Shown here: piece by piece, positions 1 through 12,199 of the stretch
How positions within the stretch are numbered: position 1 is the stretch's first letter
Layout: every line of letters starts with the position of its first letter
Assembly: GCF_006345805.1 (NCBI RefSeq)
Contig: NC_043007.1
Location: forward strand, 39,308,001 to 39,372,000
Length of the DNA stretch: 64,000 bases
Reading direction: 5' to 3'
DNA from: Octopus sinensis
Taxonomy: Eukaryota
Program-made: the position numbers and the translations under genes
The notes under the pieces: generated by a model
Told to the model about the DNA's origin: nothing
What the model saw: the letters and a program-made list of their open reading frames with translations, nothing else
The model's database searches: none

Positions 1-400
1 AATATGAACCAACTGCAGACCTGTAGATAAAGGGTAAGCATTTTCAATGAGTGTAACAAAGAGGCCAAACGGAGCGTGATTTTGTGATTTCAACTTCAGG
101 GACCTTTAAATTACTATATCATCATCACCACCACCATTACCACCATTCCCATCATTGCCCTCATCATCAGCATCCTTATCATTACATTATTATATTCATG
201 GCTGTCATTATTCTTATGAAGAGGTGAGGAATGGTGGTGGTGGTGGGGGGGTGTCATCAGATATGCTAAGTCGGTGGAGCGGCAAAAAATGGTAGAGTGC
301 ACCAGCTTAGATAATTTACAGCATTTGAAAACTTTTGCACCCGTGTTCAGAATTCAGACCTTGCCAAGGTAGTCTTTGCCACCTGAGAGGTGGGGGTGGG

Positions 401-790
401 GGTAATGTGGTGGTTGTGTAAGTAAGATGTTTGCTTCACAACCACATAGTTCCAGGTTCAGTCCAACTGCATGGCACCTTCAGCTAGTGCTTTTGACAGT
501 AGTTTCGGGCCAACAAAAGCCTTGTAAGTGGGATTTGGTAGATGGAAACTGAAAGAAACCCACTGTGTGTATGCGTGTACATGCATGCATGTGTGTGTGT
601 GTGTGTTTGTCCCCTAGCACCACTCGACAATTGGTGTTTGTGTGTTTACATCCTCATAATTTAGCAGTTTGGCAAATGAGAACCAATAGAATAGCACCAT
701 GCTCTAAAAAAGGGCAAAAAGCAAGTGCTGGGGTTGATTCATGTAACTAAAACTGTAAGGTGATGCCCCAGCATGGCCAAAATCTAATAA
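401..790 (+). mobile_element. tRNA-derived CORE-like SINE (family B), decayed copy
   Basis: Head GGTTCAGTCC..CTGCATGGCACCTT, body GGATTTGGTAGATGGAAACTGAAAGAA, internal (GT)n, tail CCAGCATGGCC; same layout recurs more than 20 times in the window. Confidence 0.85.
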
Positions 791-939
791 GTGTGCACCA
801 ATATGTAGTGAAAGAGGTGGGAGTAGAAGCAGGATAGAGACTTCAATTAACTCTTCCTTTCTTCCTTTCCAGTAATGTAAACCTCTAAAATTCCCAAGCC
901 TGCTCACATAGGCCTGCTGATGTTCAACATATTTGCCTT

Positions 940-1190
940 TCATCTTTTACCTATCATTAGACTGTGGCCATGCTGGGGCACCACCTTGAATATCTTTAGT
1001 TGAATGAATTGACCCCAGTGTTTATTTTCCTCCTTTTTTTTTCTGTAAGCCTGGTTCTTACTCTATCAGTCTCTTTTGCTGAACTGCTAAGTTATGGGGA
1101 TGTAAACATGCCAACACTGGTTGTCAAGTGGTGGTGGGGGACAAACACAGACATACACACACCTGTGTGTGCGTGTGTGGGTACATACAC
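940..1190 (-). mobile_element. Family B SINE, 3' half
   Basis: Reverse complement of the family B tail (GACTGTGGCCATGCTGGGGCACC...CTGCTAAGTTATGGGGATGTAAAC). Confidence 0.8.
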
Positions 1191-1238
1191 ATGTGCTGTT
1201 GGCGATTTCTCTTCCTTCTTTGGACTTTTCCATTTCTC

Positions 1239-1273
1239 CTTTCTGACGAAGAGTTAAGCTCTAAATGTTAAAA
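1239..1273 (+). ncRNA. Minimal type I hammerhead ribozyme motif, degenerate, in a Penelope-terminal-repeat-like insert (about 1195-1345)
   Basis: CTTT-CTGACGA-A-GAGT/taa/GCTC-TAAA-TGT-T-AAAA; G12 is replaced by T; homologous copy at 52001-52036. Confidence 0.55.
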
Positions 1274-1618
1274 ACTCTCTCTTTTTTGTGACTGTCAAAC
1301 TAATACATTCCTTATGCACAGCCTCTTGTTGTCTGTTAATTTTATTATTTGTATATTTGATCTGGCTCAGTGGTTAAGGTGTTGCACTCACAATTGCGAG
1401 ATCATGGGTTCGATTCCCAGACTGGGTGTTGCATTGTGCTTTTGAGCAAAGCACTTCATTTCATGTTGCTCTGTGATCCTTTTGTCATTCCAACACCTTT
1501 ACCTACTATGCTATGCCTCTAGGTGGTGTCTTACGTCGGCTTTGTACTGACTGGATAAATGATTCTACATTTCTGAGATGAGGAATTTTTTTTTTTTATA
1601 TATATATTATTATATTAT

Positions 1619-1958
1619 GTGTGAAGGCGCATGACTCAGTAGTTAGAGCATTGATCTTATGATCATGAGGTTGTGAGCTCGAATCCCGGACCGGGCTGCA
1701 TGTTGTGTTCTTGAGCAAGACACTTTATTTCGCGTTGCTCCAGTTCACTCAGCTGTAGAAATGAGTTGTGATGTCACAGGCGCCAAGCTGAACCGGCCTT
1801 TGCCTTTCCTTTGGATAACACTGGTGATGTGGAGAAGGGAGATTGGTATGCATGGGCGACTGCTGGTCTTCCATAAACAACCTTGCCCGGACTTGTGCCT
1901 GGGAGGGTAACTTTCTAGGTGCAATCCCATGGTCTGTGTCATGACCAAAGGGGGTCTC
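1619..1958 (+). mobile_element. tRNA-derived SINE (family A), full length
   Basis: A/B-box-like head GGCGCATGACTCAGTAGTTAGAGC...CTCGAATCCCGG; 3' end ATGACCAAAGGGGGTCT; matches 37706-38045 and 5100-5420. Confidence 0.9.
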
Positions 1959-2212
1959 ATTATATTATGTATTGGACTAGTGTCCTCATTTTTGTTGCTG
2001 CTTTCACTATATTTCAGCTGTGTATGCTCCAGCTTTCTTCAAATATCATGCGATTCACCTTCATGCCTTGCCTGCGATTGAAATCAGAACATCTAGGTGA
2101 CTGCACAGCATTAACCAGCACCTTTATCTACCATGACATGCCCATAGACAATGTCAGAGTGAATTTTTAAGGCTTACAAAGCTCCGCTGATATTCTTATA
2201 TTTGCTCTGTTG

Positions 2213-2420
2213 TGGCACTCTGCCACTTACAACAAGGGTTCCTGTTGATCTGGTCAATGGAACAGCCTGCTTGTGAAATTAACGTGCATATGGCTGAGTA
2301 CTCAACAGACATGTGTACCCTTAACGTAGATCTCCGGGAGGTTCAGTGTGACACAGAGTGACAAGGCTGGCATTTTGAAATACAGAGGTACTACTCATTT
2401 TTGTCAGCTGAGTGGATTCA
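2213..2420 (-). mobile_element. tRNA SINE family A' 3' part
   Basis: Reverse complement of the 3' part of 6440-6770 (GTTGATC..GATCAA.GGAACAGCCTGCTTGTGAAATTAAC). Confidence 0.75.
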
Positions 2421-2421
2421 T

Positions 2422-2637
2422 TTTACTCTTTTACTTGGTTCAGTCATTTGACTGTGGCCATGCTGGAGCACCACCTTTAGTCAAGCAAATAAACCCCAGG
2501 ACTTATTCTTTGTAAGCCTAGTAATTATTCTATCGGTCTCTTTTGCCGAACTGCTAAGTTACGGGGACGTAAACACACCAACATCAGTTGTCAAGCAATG
2601 TTGGGAGGACAAACACACACACACAAACATATACACT

Positions 2638-2687
<50 letters not shown>

Positions 2688-2845
2688 CATATATACAAAG
2701 AGCTTCTTTCGGTTTCCGTCTACCAAATCCACTCACAAGGCTTTGGTCAGCCTGAGGCTATAGTAGAAGACACTTGCCCAAGGTGCCACGCAGTGGGACT
2801 GAACCCGGAACTATGTGGTTGGTAAGCAAGTTATTTACCACACAG
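2422..2845 (-). mobile_element. Family B SINE, near full length with internal (AT)n/(AC)n
   Basis: Reverse complement of 20477-20890 and 42540-42960. Confidence 0.9.
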
Positions 2846-3551
2846 CTGGAATAAAATGTCTTCTTCAAGGACAAAGAACATTGCTGGGAAGTGAACTCAT
2901 GATCTTGTGATCATGAGCTGAATACCATAACCCCAAAGTCACGTGAGTGGATAAATTAATACACAGCTGAAATGTAGTGGAAACAACAACCAAAGATGAG
3001 GACACCACTCTGATTAATACATGACCAACATGGTGCCAACCAGAATAACTTTCATCATGTAGTACTCAGATCAGAGTTGAACTAGGCCTAAACAACAACA
3101 ACAGTGACAATACCCATTACACCCTAACCGATGATGTTCCATTATCTGGACAGCCGGTGGTGGTGGTGGTGGTGGTGGTGGCAGTGGTGGTGGGTGCATA
3201 AGGCAGCACTTGGAGATGAAATGTAAATTGGCAATGACAACAGAACAATGTAACAATGTGGAAGACAAAGAATTAAAGTCCAAAGAGCCAATGTGATTTT
3301 ACTGATAACAGCAAGTGGCAGGGTCTTGTATCAATCTGTCAGAAAACAATTATTACTGTGGAACTGCTCTGTAATTCTCTAGAGAAATATGAAGAATATT
3401 AATATATTTCTGAGTAAGCTCTAAAAATTCATTACAAACACACATACACATATGTTCACATACAGACATATACACACACAAAGATACATTATCTTGTGTT
3501 TTTTTTATGGGGGTTGAGAGTACACTAACGTTAATTTTACTACTACTGACG

Positions 3552-3609
<58 letters not shown>

Positions 3610-3617
3610 TAATAATA
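3552..3617. repeat. (AAT)n microsatellite
   Basis: About 20 near-perfect AAT units. Confidence 0.95.
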
Positions 3618-3620
3618 AAA

Positions 3621-4347
3621 GACAAGTCAGAGTTGGCCAATATCTACACTGGATAATATGTCACCATTATAAAATCAAAACTGCTGACAATTGGTACAAG
3701 CACCACCCTGAGGTTGTTGTAACTGAGGGAGAAAATGTAAAATTTCTTTGGGAGCTACCAGCACATTCAGACTGGACCATTAAAGCTAATAAACTAGATA
3801 TTGTTGAGAAAGACGAAAACAATAAAATCTGTTTACTGATTGACATGAGCATACCTGGTGATCGTAACATCTCAGCAAAAAAATTTGATAAGCTCAGAAA
3901 ATATAAAGATTTGCTGATTGAAACAGAAACAAATGTGGCATCTCAAGACAGTTACAGAACTAGTGATTGTAGGAGCATTTGGAATGACCGAAAATGGGAC
4001 TGAAAATTTTTTGAGGATGATCCCTGGCTTACCATCCATGCAAGAAGTGCAAAAGATTGTTTCAACGGATACGTCACAAGTACTGAGAAGAGCATTGTCA
4101 CTGTGAATTTTCTTTCCTTTTTTTTTCTTTTAATTTTTTTCGTTTTCTTTTTTTTTTTTTCCATATTTTTCTTCTTTTCTTTTTCTTTCTTACTTTCTTT
4201 CTTCCCCCTTTTTCTACCATATGACTTTGTAAATAAATAAATCTGGCGTGTTTATTTTAATGGCCTACCAATGTATGCAGTGAGTTTCTTTGCTCTAGGT
4301 ATCAGGAAGACACTCAAAAAGAAATGGAAACAAACTTGAAAGAAGAT
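3621..4347 (+). mobile_element. 5'-truncated R4/Dong-clade non-LTR retrotransposon (restriction-like endonuclease domain plus 3' UTR)
   Basis: From 3629 reads RVGQYLHWIICHHYK..KFLWE..TIKANKLDIV..CLLIDMSIPGDRNISAKKFDKLRKYKDL, then a frameshift near 3925, then QMWHLKT..VIVGAFG..QEVQKIVS..LRRALSL* (stop 4104-4106); (AAT)n on both sides. Confidence 0.85.
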
Positions 4348-4399
4348 AATAATAATAATGATAATAATAATTATAATAATAATAATGATAACAATAATA

Positions 4400-4948
4400 T
4401 TGATTTTGGCACAAGGCTAGCAATTTTGAAAAAAGGAAGCAAGTTAATTAAATCAAGTTCAGCACTCGACCCTGAAAAGATGAAAGCAGGTTTTGAACTC
4501 AGAATGTAAGGAGCCAGCAAAAATGCCACTAAGAATATTGTCTGACCCATTAACAATACTCAGCAATAATATAACAATCCTTTCTACTATAGGCACAGGG
4601 CCTGAAATTTTGGAGGAGGGGACTATTTAATTACATCGACCCTAGTGTTTCACTGGTGCTTTATTTATTGACCCCCAAAAGGATGTAAGGCAAAGTCAGT
4701 CTCAGTGGAATCTGAACTAATTTTGCCCAGCGTTCTAACGATTCTGTCAACTTGGCCTGGAATTGAGGGAGAGTGATGGTCGTTCACATCGACTCCAGTA
4801 CTTCACTGGTACTTAATTTATCGACCCCAAAAAGATGAAAGGCAAAGTTAACCTCGGCGGAATTTGAACTTAGAATGTAAAGACAGATGAAATGCCACTA
4901 AGCATTTTGCCTGGTATGCTAACGATTCTGCCAGCTTGGTACCTTTAA

Positions 4949-4979
<31 letters not shown>

Positions 4980-5108
4980 GTCCTTTCTACTATAGGCACA
5001 AGGCCTTAAATTTGTGGGGAGGGGGTTAGTTGATTACATTGGCCCCAGTGTTTCACTGATACTCAATTTATCAACCATGAAAGGATGAAAGGCAAAGTTG
5101 CCCTCAGC
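4400..5108 (-). mobile_element. Cluster of 4 head-to-tail family C SINEs with (ATT)n tails
   Basis: Repeated GACCCC.AAA.GATGAAAGGCAAAGT..ACCTC.GCGGAATTTGAACT blocks separated by (AAT)n. Confidence 0.85.
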
Positions 5109-5420
5109 ATGAATGACCATAGGATGCACCTAGAAAGTTCTGCCTCTGAGGAACAAGTAACAAGTCTGGGCAAGGTTGTTTACGGAAGACTAGCAGTTGC
5201 CCATGCATACAAGCTTTCCTTCACCATACCACCAATGTTATCCATGAGAAAGGCAAAGGCCAATACAGCTTGGCACCAGTGACACTGCAACTCATTTCTA
5301 CAGCCAGGTGAACTGGAGCAATGTGAAATAAAGTGTCTTGCTCAAGAACACAACACTCCAGGAATTGAACTCACTACCTCATGATTGTGAGCCTGACACT
5401 CTAATCACTGAGCCACGTGA
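5100..5420 (-). mobile_element. Family A SINE
   Basis: Reverse complement of 1619-1958. Confidence 0.85.
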
Positions 5421-6439
5421 TTTTTACCAAAGTCACTAGAAAGGAACACTGCCTCCCTGCCTTATTAAGAGAGGGTAATGGAGCAATCCTCATGATTAGC
5501 TCAACCAAAAGCTAATTCATTCTACACATGACAACAACTGTTCACTATAACTTGACAAGTCAAAAATGCTTGAACACAGCATGAGTGCATGCAGTTCAGT
5601 TTTAGCACTCTTTATGCACCTTGGGTAATCCTGCCTAGCAGCACTTACATTCCTTTGGAAGTTGTCTTGACCCAGTAGTGCCCCCTCAGAGGTAATGTCA
5701 AGCCAGGGATTTTGGGAAGTTATCTATGGTAGACTCTGACCTGAAAGTCCTCGAAAACAAACCAGCTAGTTAGTTCTTACCAATGCCCAGAGTTTCCCCA
5801 AGAACATCATTGATCTTACCCACCACTACATGATCTCTTTATATTGCTAAAGTAGAGCTTTCATTGACTGCATTACCCAACTGGTAGAGAGTGGTGAATA
5901 CTTGATGATATTCCAGGTGCTAGATACTCCTTTGATAGGGTCCACCTCTGATAGTTGGTAGTAGTCCTAAAAGCACTTGGTTTCAGACCCGTTTTCAGAG
6001 GCTGGATCGCAGCAACATAGTGGCGCTTGCTTGGTGGGCAAAGTAAACAGCCACCTCACAGACCCCTTTCACACTGCATGCTCAGTCTATCATAGGTGTC
6101 TTCTCTCATCTCTTCTATACATACTGGCTGTTGTGCTTTTGTTGCAGGAGCTAGAACTTTTGAGACATCCCTTTTGAGCTATGGGAAAAGTCTGTTGGTA
6201 TATGCAGATGACACGCAATGGTATAAATGCTTGTAAAAACCAGTGGCAATAGCACCAGGACTAAGTAACATCCTACCTTGAGATGCAGTCTGCAACATTC
6301 TGAGAGCCATTCTGCAATACCTGTAGCAAACCAAAACCCCTCAGTCATTCTTCAACACTGCCAGAATATTAGAACATTATTGCATGTATTCTTTGATTTC
6401 TTACTGATTTCAGTTATTAGACCTTGGTCATGCTGGAGA

Positions 6440-6770
6440 GTGAAGGCACATGGCTTAGTGGATAGGGTATTCAGCTCATGATCACCAGGTTGGGAGTTCA
6501 ATTCCTGGTGACGTGTTGTGTCCTTAAAGAAAACACTTTATTCCAAGCTGCTCCAGTTCACTCAGCTAGCATTTAATGAGTAGGGCCAGTATTTCAAAGG
6601 GCCAGCCTTGTCACACTCTGCGTCCAGCTCAATCTCCCTGAGAACTATGTTAAGTGTACACATGTCTGTGGAGTGCTCAGCCACATGCATGTTGATTTCA
6701 CAAGCAGGCTGTTCTGTTGATCAGATCAACTGGAACCCTCGTTGTCATAACCAACGAAAGTGCCAGAGCC
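6440..6770 (+). mobile_element. tRNA SINE family A', full length
   Basis: Head GGCACATGGCTTAGTGG..GGAGTTCAATTCC; 3' GATCAGATCAACTGGAACCCTCG; same family as 62340-63715. Confidence 0.85.
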
Positions 6771-6953
6771 AACCTGGAGTAGTGTCTTGAAGGGTCTAGT
6801 CATTCGAACTGCCACTGACTCTGACCCCAGGACCTATTTTAAAGTTTGGACCTTTGTTTGGTTCCTATTTCCCAAACTACTAAGGTACAAAGATATATAA
6901 ATAAGCTGATACAGGTTGTCAAGTAGATAAACACAAAAACAGGTACAGCATTT

Positions 6954-6987
<34 letters not shown>

Positions 6988-7785
6988 CATATCTGTACAC
7001 ACAGATTACGTGCATAAATACAATACACCAACAAACACAAACATATACACACACATATGTATATATATATATATATACATTATATACACACAGAAATACA
7101 TATATACACACATGCATATATAATCTACTTTATACAATGCTTACTAGTCTCTGCCATGTGTGTGTTTATCTGTGTGTATTTGCCAGTGTATATGTGCACA
7201 CAGAGAAAAGAATATGCTTGAACACACACATGCACACACACACACACACACATTGTATGTTAAAGTTTTGCTTGAGGTGATCATGGCATTGGTAGAGGCA
7301 GTGGTGACGGTTAGAGGGTAACACTAGTAGTGGTTGTGGCGGTGGTGGTCATGGCAGCATAGGTGCTGGTTCAGGTGTCAACAGAAACAAAGACGACGAT
7401 GATGATTGTCCCATTATTTTGGGAATAGTGGTGGTGGCGGCAAAGATGGCTAACAGTAACAGATTGTCATGATGATGATGATGATGATGATGAAGAAATC
7501 TGTCCCACCATAACGAACCACATCCATAACCACCATACCATTACAACTGCTGATAACCTCACCCCCATCCCACCTGCCTGCCCACCCCCCATAACACATA
7601 GCTCTATCAGAATCAAATTTTATTGCAATATGAAATATAATTTCATTGATTAAAAATTATTGATCAACGAGTTTCCTACATTTTTATCTGTTTGTTTCTA
7701 TATATGCGCATAGAGAGTGTGTGTATATAAGCAAGCAAATATATGTATATATATATATATGTGTGTGTATGTGTGTGTGCACATG

Positions 7786-7799
<14 letters not shown>

Positions 7800-7826
<27 letters not shown>

Positions 7827-9831
7827 CTTTAGTTTCATTTCTCGTTATTGTTGATGCCATTTATGTGTATGGGTATAATATATGCATATACATACATTTA
7901 CATAAACACATTTATACATACACACATATATGTATAGATATGGATATATATATATATTATATTTTATATATTTAATTCAAATTTGTTTGCTTTTGCTTTT
8001 GTTTTTTCCTTAATTATTTATTTACTGAGATTTGAAATTTCTTGAAGATAAAAACTCATGAAATGTCAAAAATTATTTGAACGCATCCAATAAAATATTT
8101 TTATATATATAATTGCTTTGTCTTAATGGCTTTTAAGCTGCATAATCTGTTTATTTCTTTTTTTGTTATATCTTTTACGTTCTTTCCCCTTTTTTTTTTG
8201 TCTTTTAAGTTTTAAAATCCAAGACAGCCAAACATTAAACATTAATATTTTATCATATGTACGTGTGTGTGTGTGTGTGCACTTGCAAATGTGTGTATAC
8301 ATACACACACACTCACTATATAGATATATATATATACACACACACACACACGTACATTTTCACCATAATAAATTTGTAAACAATACTCCAAATGTAAATT
8401 ATAATTATACACACACACACACACATATATATACACATGTATATATGAATATACAAAATGCATATACATATGCCTAACATATACAGACATACACACACAT
8501 ATATATACATATATATATATTATTCACACACACACACACAAACAAACATACACACACACATATATATTATTCACAAGTATATAAGGTATACTTTTGTAAA
8601 AAATGTTCCCAAACTAAAAATTATTTTATATACACACACATACATATGTAAGTGTATATATGTTTTTAAGAATAGTCAACTAACAAAGTTTTTATTTATT
8701 TAACAACTCTCCATTCATTTTCATCCATTAAATTCTTCTCCCATTTCTTGCACCTCACCTCAATCTCTCCACACCCATCTCTCTCTTTCTCTCTCCCTCT
8801 CTCGAGTTCACTCTTTCTCTGTGCTCCCACCTCTCCCTTACCCCCAACAGCCGACCCCCAGCCACTGTTTCCTTCCTCCTATGTATAAACCAAAACTGTA
8901 TATGCCGAAGCAAAAATTACAAAATTGCCTTTTGCTCCCCGCCCCCTACCACCACCCACAATCTCCAGCCCCTCATTTTAAGATAAAATATAATACAATA
9001 AAAGTAATAGTAATAATGATAATAATAATAATAATAATAATGATAATAATAATATATATATATTTTTCAATTATTTTTATGTTCCATAGAATGGATATTC
9101 AATTATATTAGGGGAGAAATTTCATATTATATACATCTATGTATTATACATATATAATGAATTGGTATGTGAATGTAGAATGTATCTATATATGTAGAAA
9201 GTATGCGTGTTTGGGTGTGTGTGTATATATATATATATATATACACACACATCTTTAGTTTCATTTCTCGTTATTGTTGATGCCATTTATGTGTATGGGT
9301 ATAATATATGCATATACATACATTTACATAAACACATTTATACATACACACATATATGTATAGATATGGATATATATATATATATTATATTTTATATATT
9401 TAATTCAAATTGTTTGCTTTTGCTTTTTCCTTAATTATTTATTTACTGAGATTTGAAATTTCTTGAAGATAAAAACTCATGAAATGTCAAAAATTATTTG
9501 AACGCATCCAATAAAATATTTTTATATATATAATTGCTTTGTCTTAATGGCTTTTAAGCTGCATAATCTGTTTATTTCTTTTTTTGTTATATCTTTTACG
9601 TTCTTTCCCCCTTTTTTTTTGTCTTTTAAGTTTTAAAATCCAAGACAGCCAAACATTAAACATTAATATTTTATCATATGTACGTGTGTGTGTGTGTGTG
9701 CACTTGCAAATGTGTGTATACATACACACACACTCACTATATAGATATATATATATACACACACACACACACATGTACATTTTCACCATAATAAATTTGT
9801 AAACAATACTCCAAATGTAAATTATAATTAT

Positions 9832-9862
<31 letters not shown>

Positions 9863-10670
9863 CACATGTATATATGAATATACAAAATGCATATACATAT
9901 GCTAACATATACAGACATACACACACATATATATATATATATATATTATTCACACACACACACACAAACAAACATACACACACACATATATATTATTCAC
10001 AAGTATATAAGGTATACTTTTGTAAAAAAATGTTCCCAAACTAAAAATTATTTTATATACACACACATACATATGTAAGTGTATATATGTTTTTAAGAAT
10101 AGTCAACTAACAAAGTTTTTATTTATTTAACAACTCTCCATTCATTTTCATCCATTAAATTCTTCTCCCATTTCTTTGCACCTCACCTCAATCTCTCCAC
10201 ACCCATCTCTCTCTTTCTCTCTCCCTCTCTCGAGTTCACTCTTTCTCTGTGCTCCCACCTCTCCCTTACCCCCAACAGCCGACCCCCAGCCACTGTTTCC
10301 TTCCTCCTATGTATAAACCAAAACTGTATATGCCGAAGCAAAAATTACAAAATTGCCTTTTGCTCCCCGCCCCCTACCACCACCCACAATCTCCAGCCCC
10401 TCATTTTAAGATAAAATATAATACAATAAAAGTAATAGTAATAATGATAATAATAATAATAATAATAATGATAATAATAATATATATATATTTTTCAATT
10501 ATTTTTATGTTCCATAGAATGGATATTCAATTATATTAGGGGAGAAATTTCATATTATATACATCTATGTATTATACATATATAATGAATTGGTATGTGA
10601 ATGTAGAATGTATCTATATATGTAGAAAGTATGCGTGTTTGGGTGTGTGTGTATATATATATATATATAC
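7800..10670. repeat. Tandem duplication, 2 x about 1.43 kb
   Basis: CACACATCTTTAGTTTC at 7820 and 9246 (offset 1426); copies nearly identical; ends lie in (AT)n. Confidence 0.97.
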
Positions 10671-11144
10671 ATACACACACACTGGTATATTTATGTGCAT
10701 ACTTACATATAAAGGCATAAAGATTTCATATATAAAAGCAAGCACACATACACAAACACATACAGAAAGTCAAGTCCACTCACTTACGCAATCTTGAATT
10801 CAAAAATTGCAACACACAGGTTGTTTTCTCTCTCTCTCCCTCTCCTTGAACCATCTGCTTACCACAGTCTGTTTGGCTGACGGCAGGTGCCATATATACT
10901 ACAGGGCTGAACGCTTGCATATGGGAAGAGTTTCAATCACAAAAATTCATAAATAAAATAAAAATTCAAAACTACAATAACATAAAAAAGAAAAACAACA
11001 CCCCCATCCGCCCTAACCCACGTGCATTACCCCCTCTTTGCGATTTCCTCCCCAACACCACGCTATTCTAAAAATCTGGATACAAAACACCCAAATATGT
11101 TCATCATATATGAATGATTATGTAGTAGCCCCTTTATAAATAAA

Positions 11145-11315
11145 GCACAGGTATGCATGTGTGGTTGAAAAGTCTGCTTCCCAAACATATGCTTTTGGGT
11201 TCAGTCCCACTGCATGGCACCTTGGGCAAGTGTCTTCTGCTATACCTCCAGGCTGACCAAAGCCTTGTGAGTGGATTTGATAGACAGAAACTGAAAGAAG
11301 CTTGTCATATTTGTG
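11145..11315 (+). mobile_element. Family B SINE 5' half
   Basis: GGGTTCAGTCCCACTGCATGGCACCTTGGGCAAGTGTCTTCT. Confidence 0.85.
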
Positions 11316-11433
11316 TGTGTCTATCTATCTATCTATCTATCTATCTATAGCCATACATATACCGTAGTAAGCACATAAATGTGAAACAAGGTGGAAGAAA
11401 GAGTACTCAAATACCAGAGGTAGAGTAATCACA

Positions 11434-11479
11434 AAAACTGTTACTCGGAGCTTCATGTTCCCGTTCGTCAGACAGTTTT
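11434..11479 (-). ncRNA. Minimal type I hammerhead ribozyme motif (A15.1 to G)
   Basis: Minus strand AAAACTGT-CTGACGA-ACGGGAACAT-GAAG-CTCCGAG-T-A-ACAGTTTT: perfect 8-bp helix I, near-palindromic helix III, rudimentary helix II. Confidence 0.65.
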
Positions 11480-11534
11480 GTTAGAATTCTTGAGTGGATT
11501 TGGTAGAGAGAAACTCTGTGTGTGTGTGTGTGTG

Positions 11535-11566
11535 AGAGAAAGAAAGAGAGAGAGAGAGAGAGGGGG

Positions 11567-11605
<39 letters not shown>
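11535..11605. repeat. (AG)n microsatellite
   Basis: Long interrupted AG tract. Confidence 0.95.
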
Positions 11606-11607
<2 letters not shown>

Positions 11608-12199
11608 CTTTGTCTTGTGATTGTGTGACTGTTGTAAATGAATAGCATCCATTTCCAATATTTTGCATAAACATATCTGGCCATCTGGCCATAGGGAAAT
11701 TATCACCCTGCTTAGAAACAGGTAAGGATGGGAAGCGCATCCAGCCATAGAAAGTTTGCAAGACAAGACTCCTCAACTAAGATGGGGAGTATTATTGTGG
11801 GAGGTAATTTTGTGCCAAGTTGATGAGTGGTTAAACTATGATAGAGGAACAGAAACAAAGAAAACTTTGGAGTGAAAACTGAAAAAGAAAAGGCTCTATG
11901 TGAGATCACTACAATTTCTGGCCCTCAGGTGCATGCTCTTCCTCTCTCTCTCTCTCTCTCTCTCTCTTTTGCAGCCTATTCTATTGTTACTATAATGGCC
12001 ACTGTTCCTCTCAGATTGTTGCATACAACCTTCCCCCAAGACCAGTGATTCTCAACCATTTTTATACCACAGGCCAGTTTCATGCAAGACAATATTTCTG
12101 CAGACAGGGCGATCAAATACATAAAACACAATAAAGTACATAATATTTAATTTAATTTTAACATATATAATACATATACATCACATATATATTGCATGG

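Noticed and set aside
704-943. ORF starting MKGKYVEH, resembling a mariner C-terminus
   Set aside because: Only a few residues match, no TIR partner was found, and the ORF overlaps SINE sequence.
3065-3200. Short plus-strand open frame IRVELGLNNNNSDN..
   Set aside because: Runs into a (GGT)n repeat and a stop; no convincing splice sites.
6957-10797. Many 60-130 aa ORFs rich in YI/HT/CV repeats (also throughout the window, e.g. 35314-35871)
   Set aside because: Translations of (AT)n/(AC)n microsatellites, which lack stop codons; not genes.
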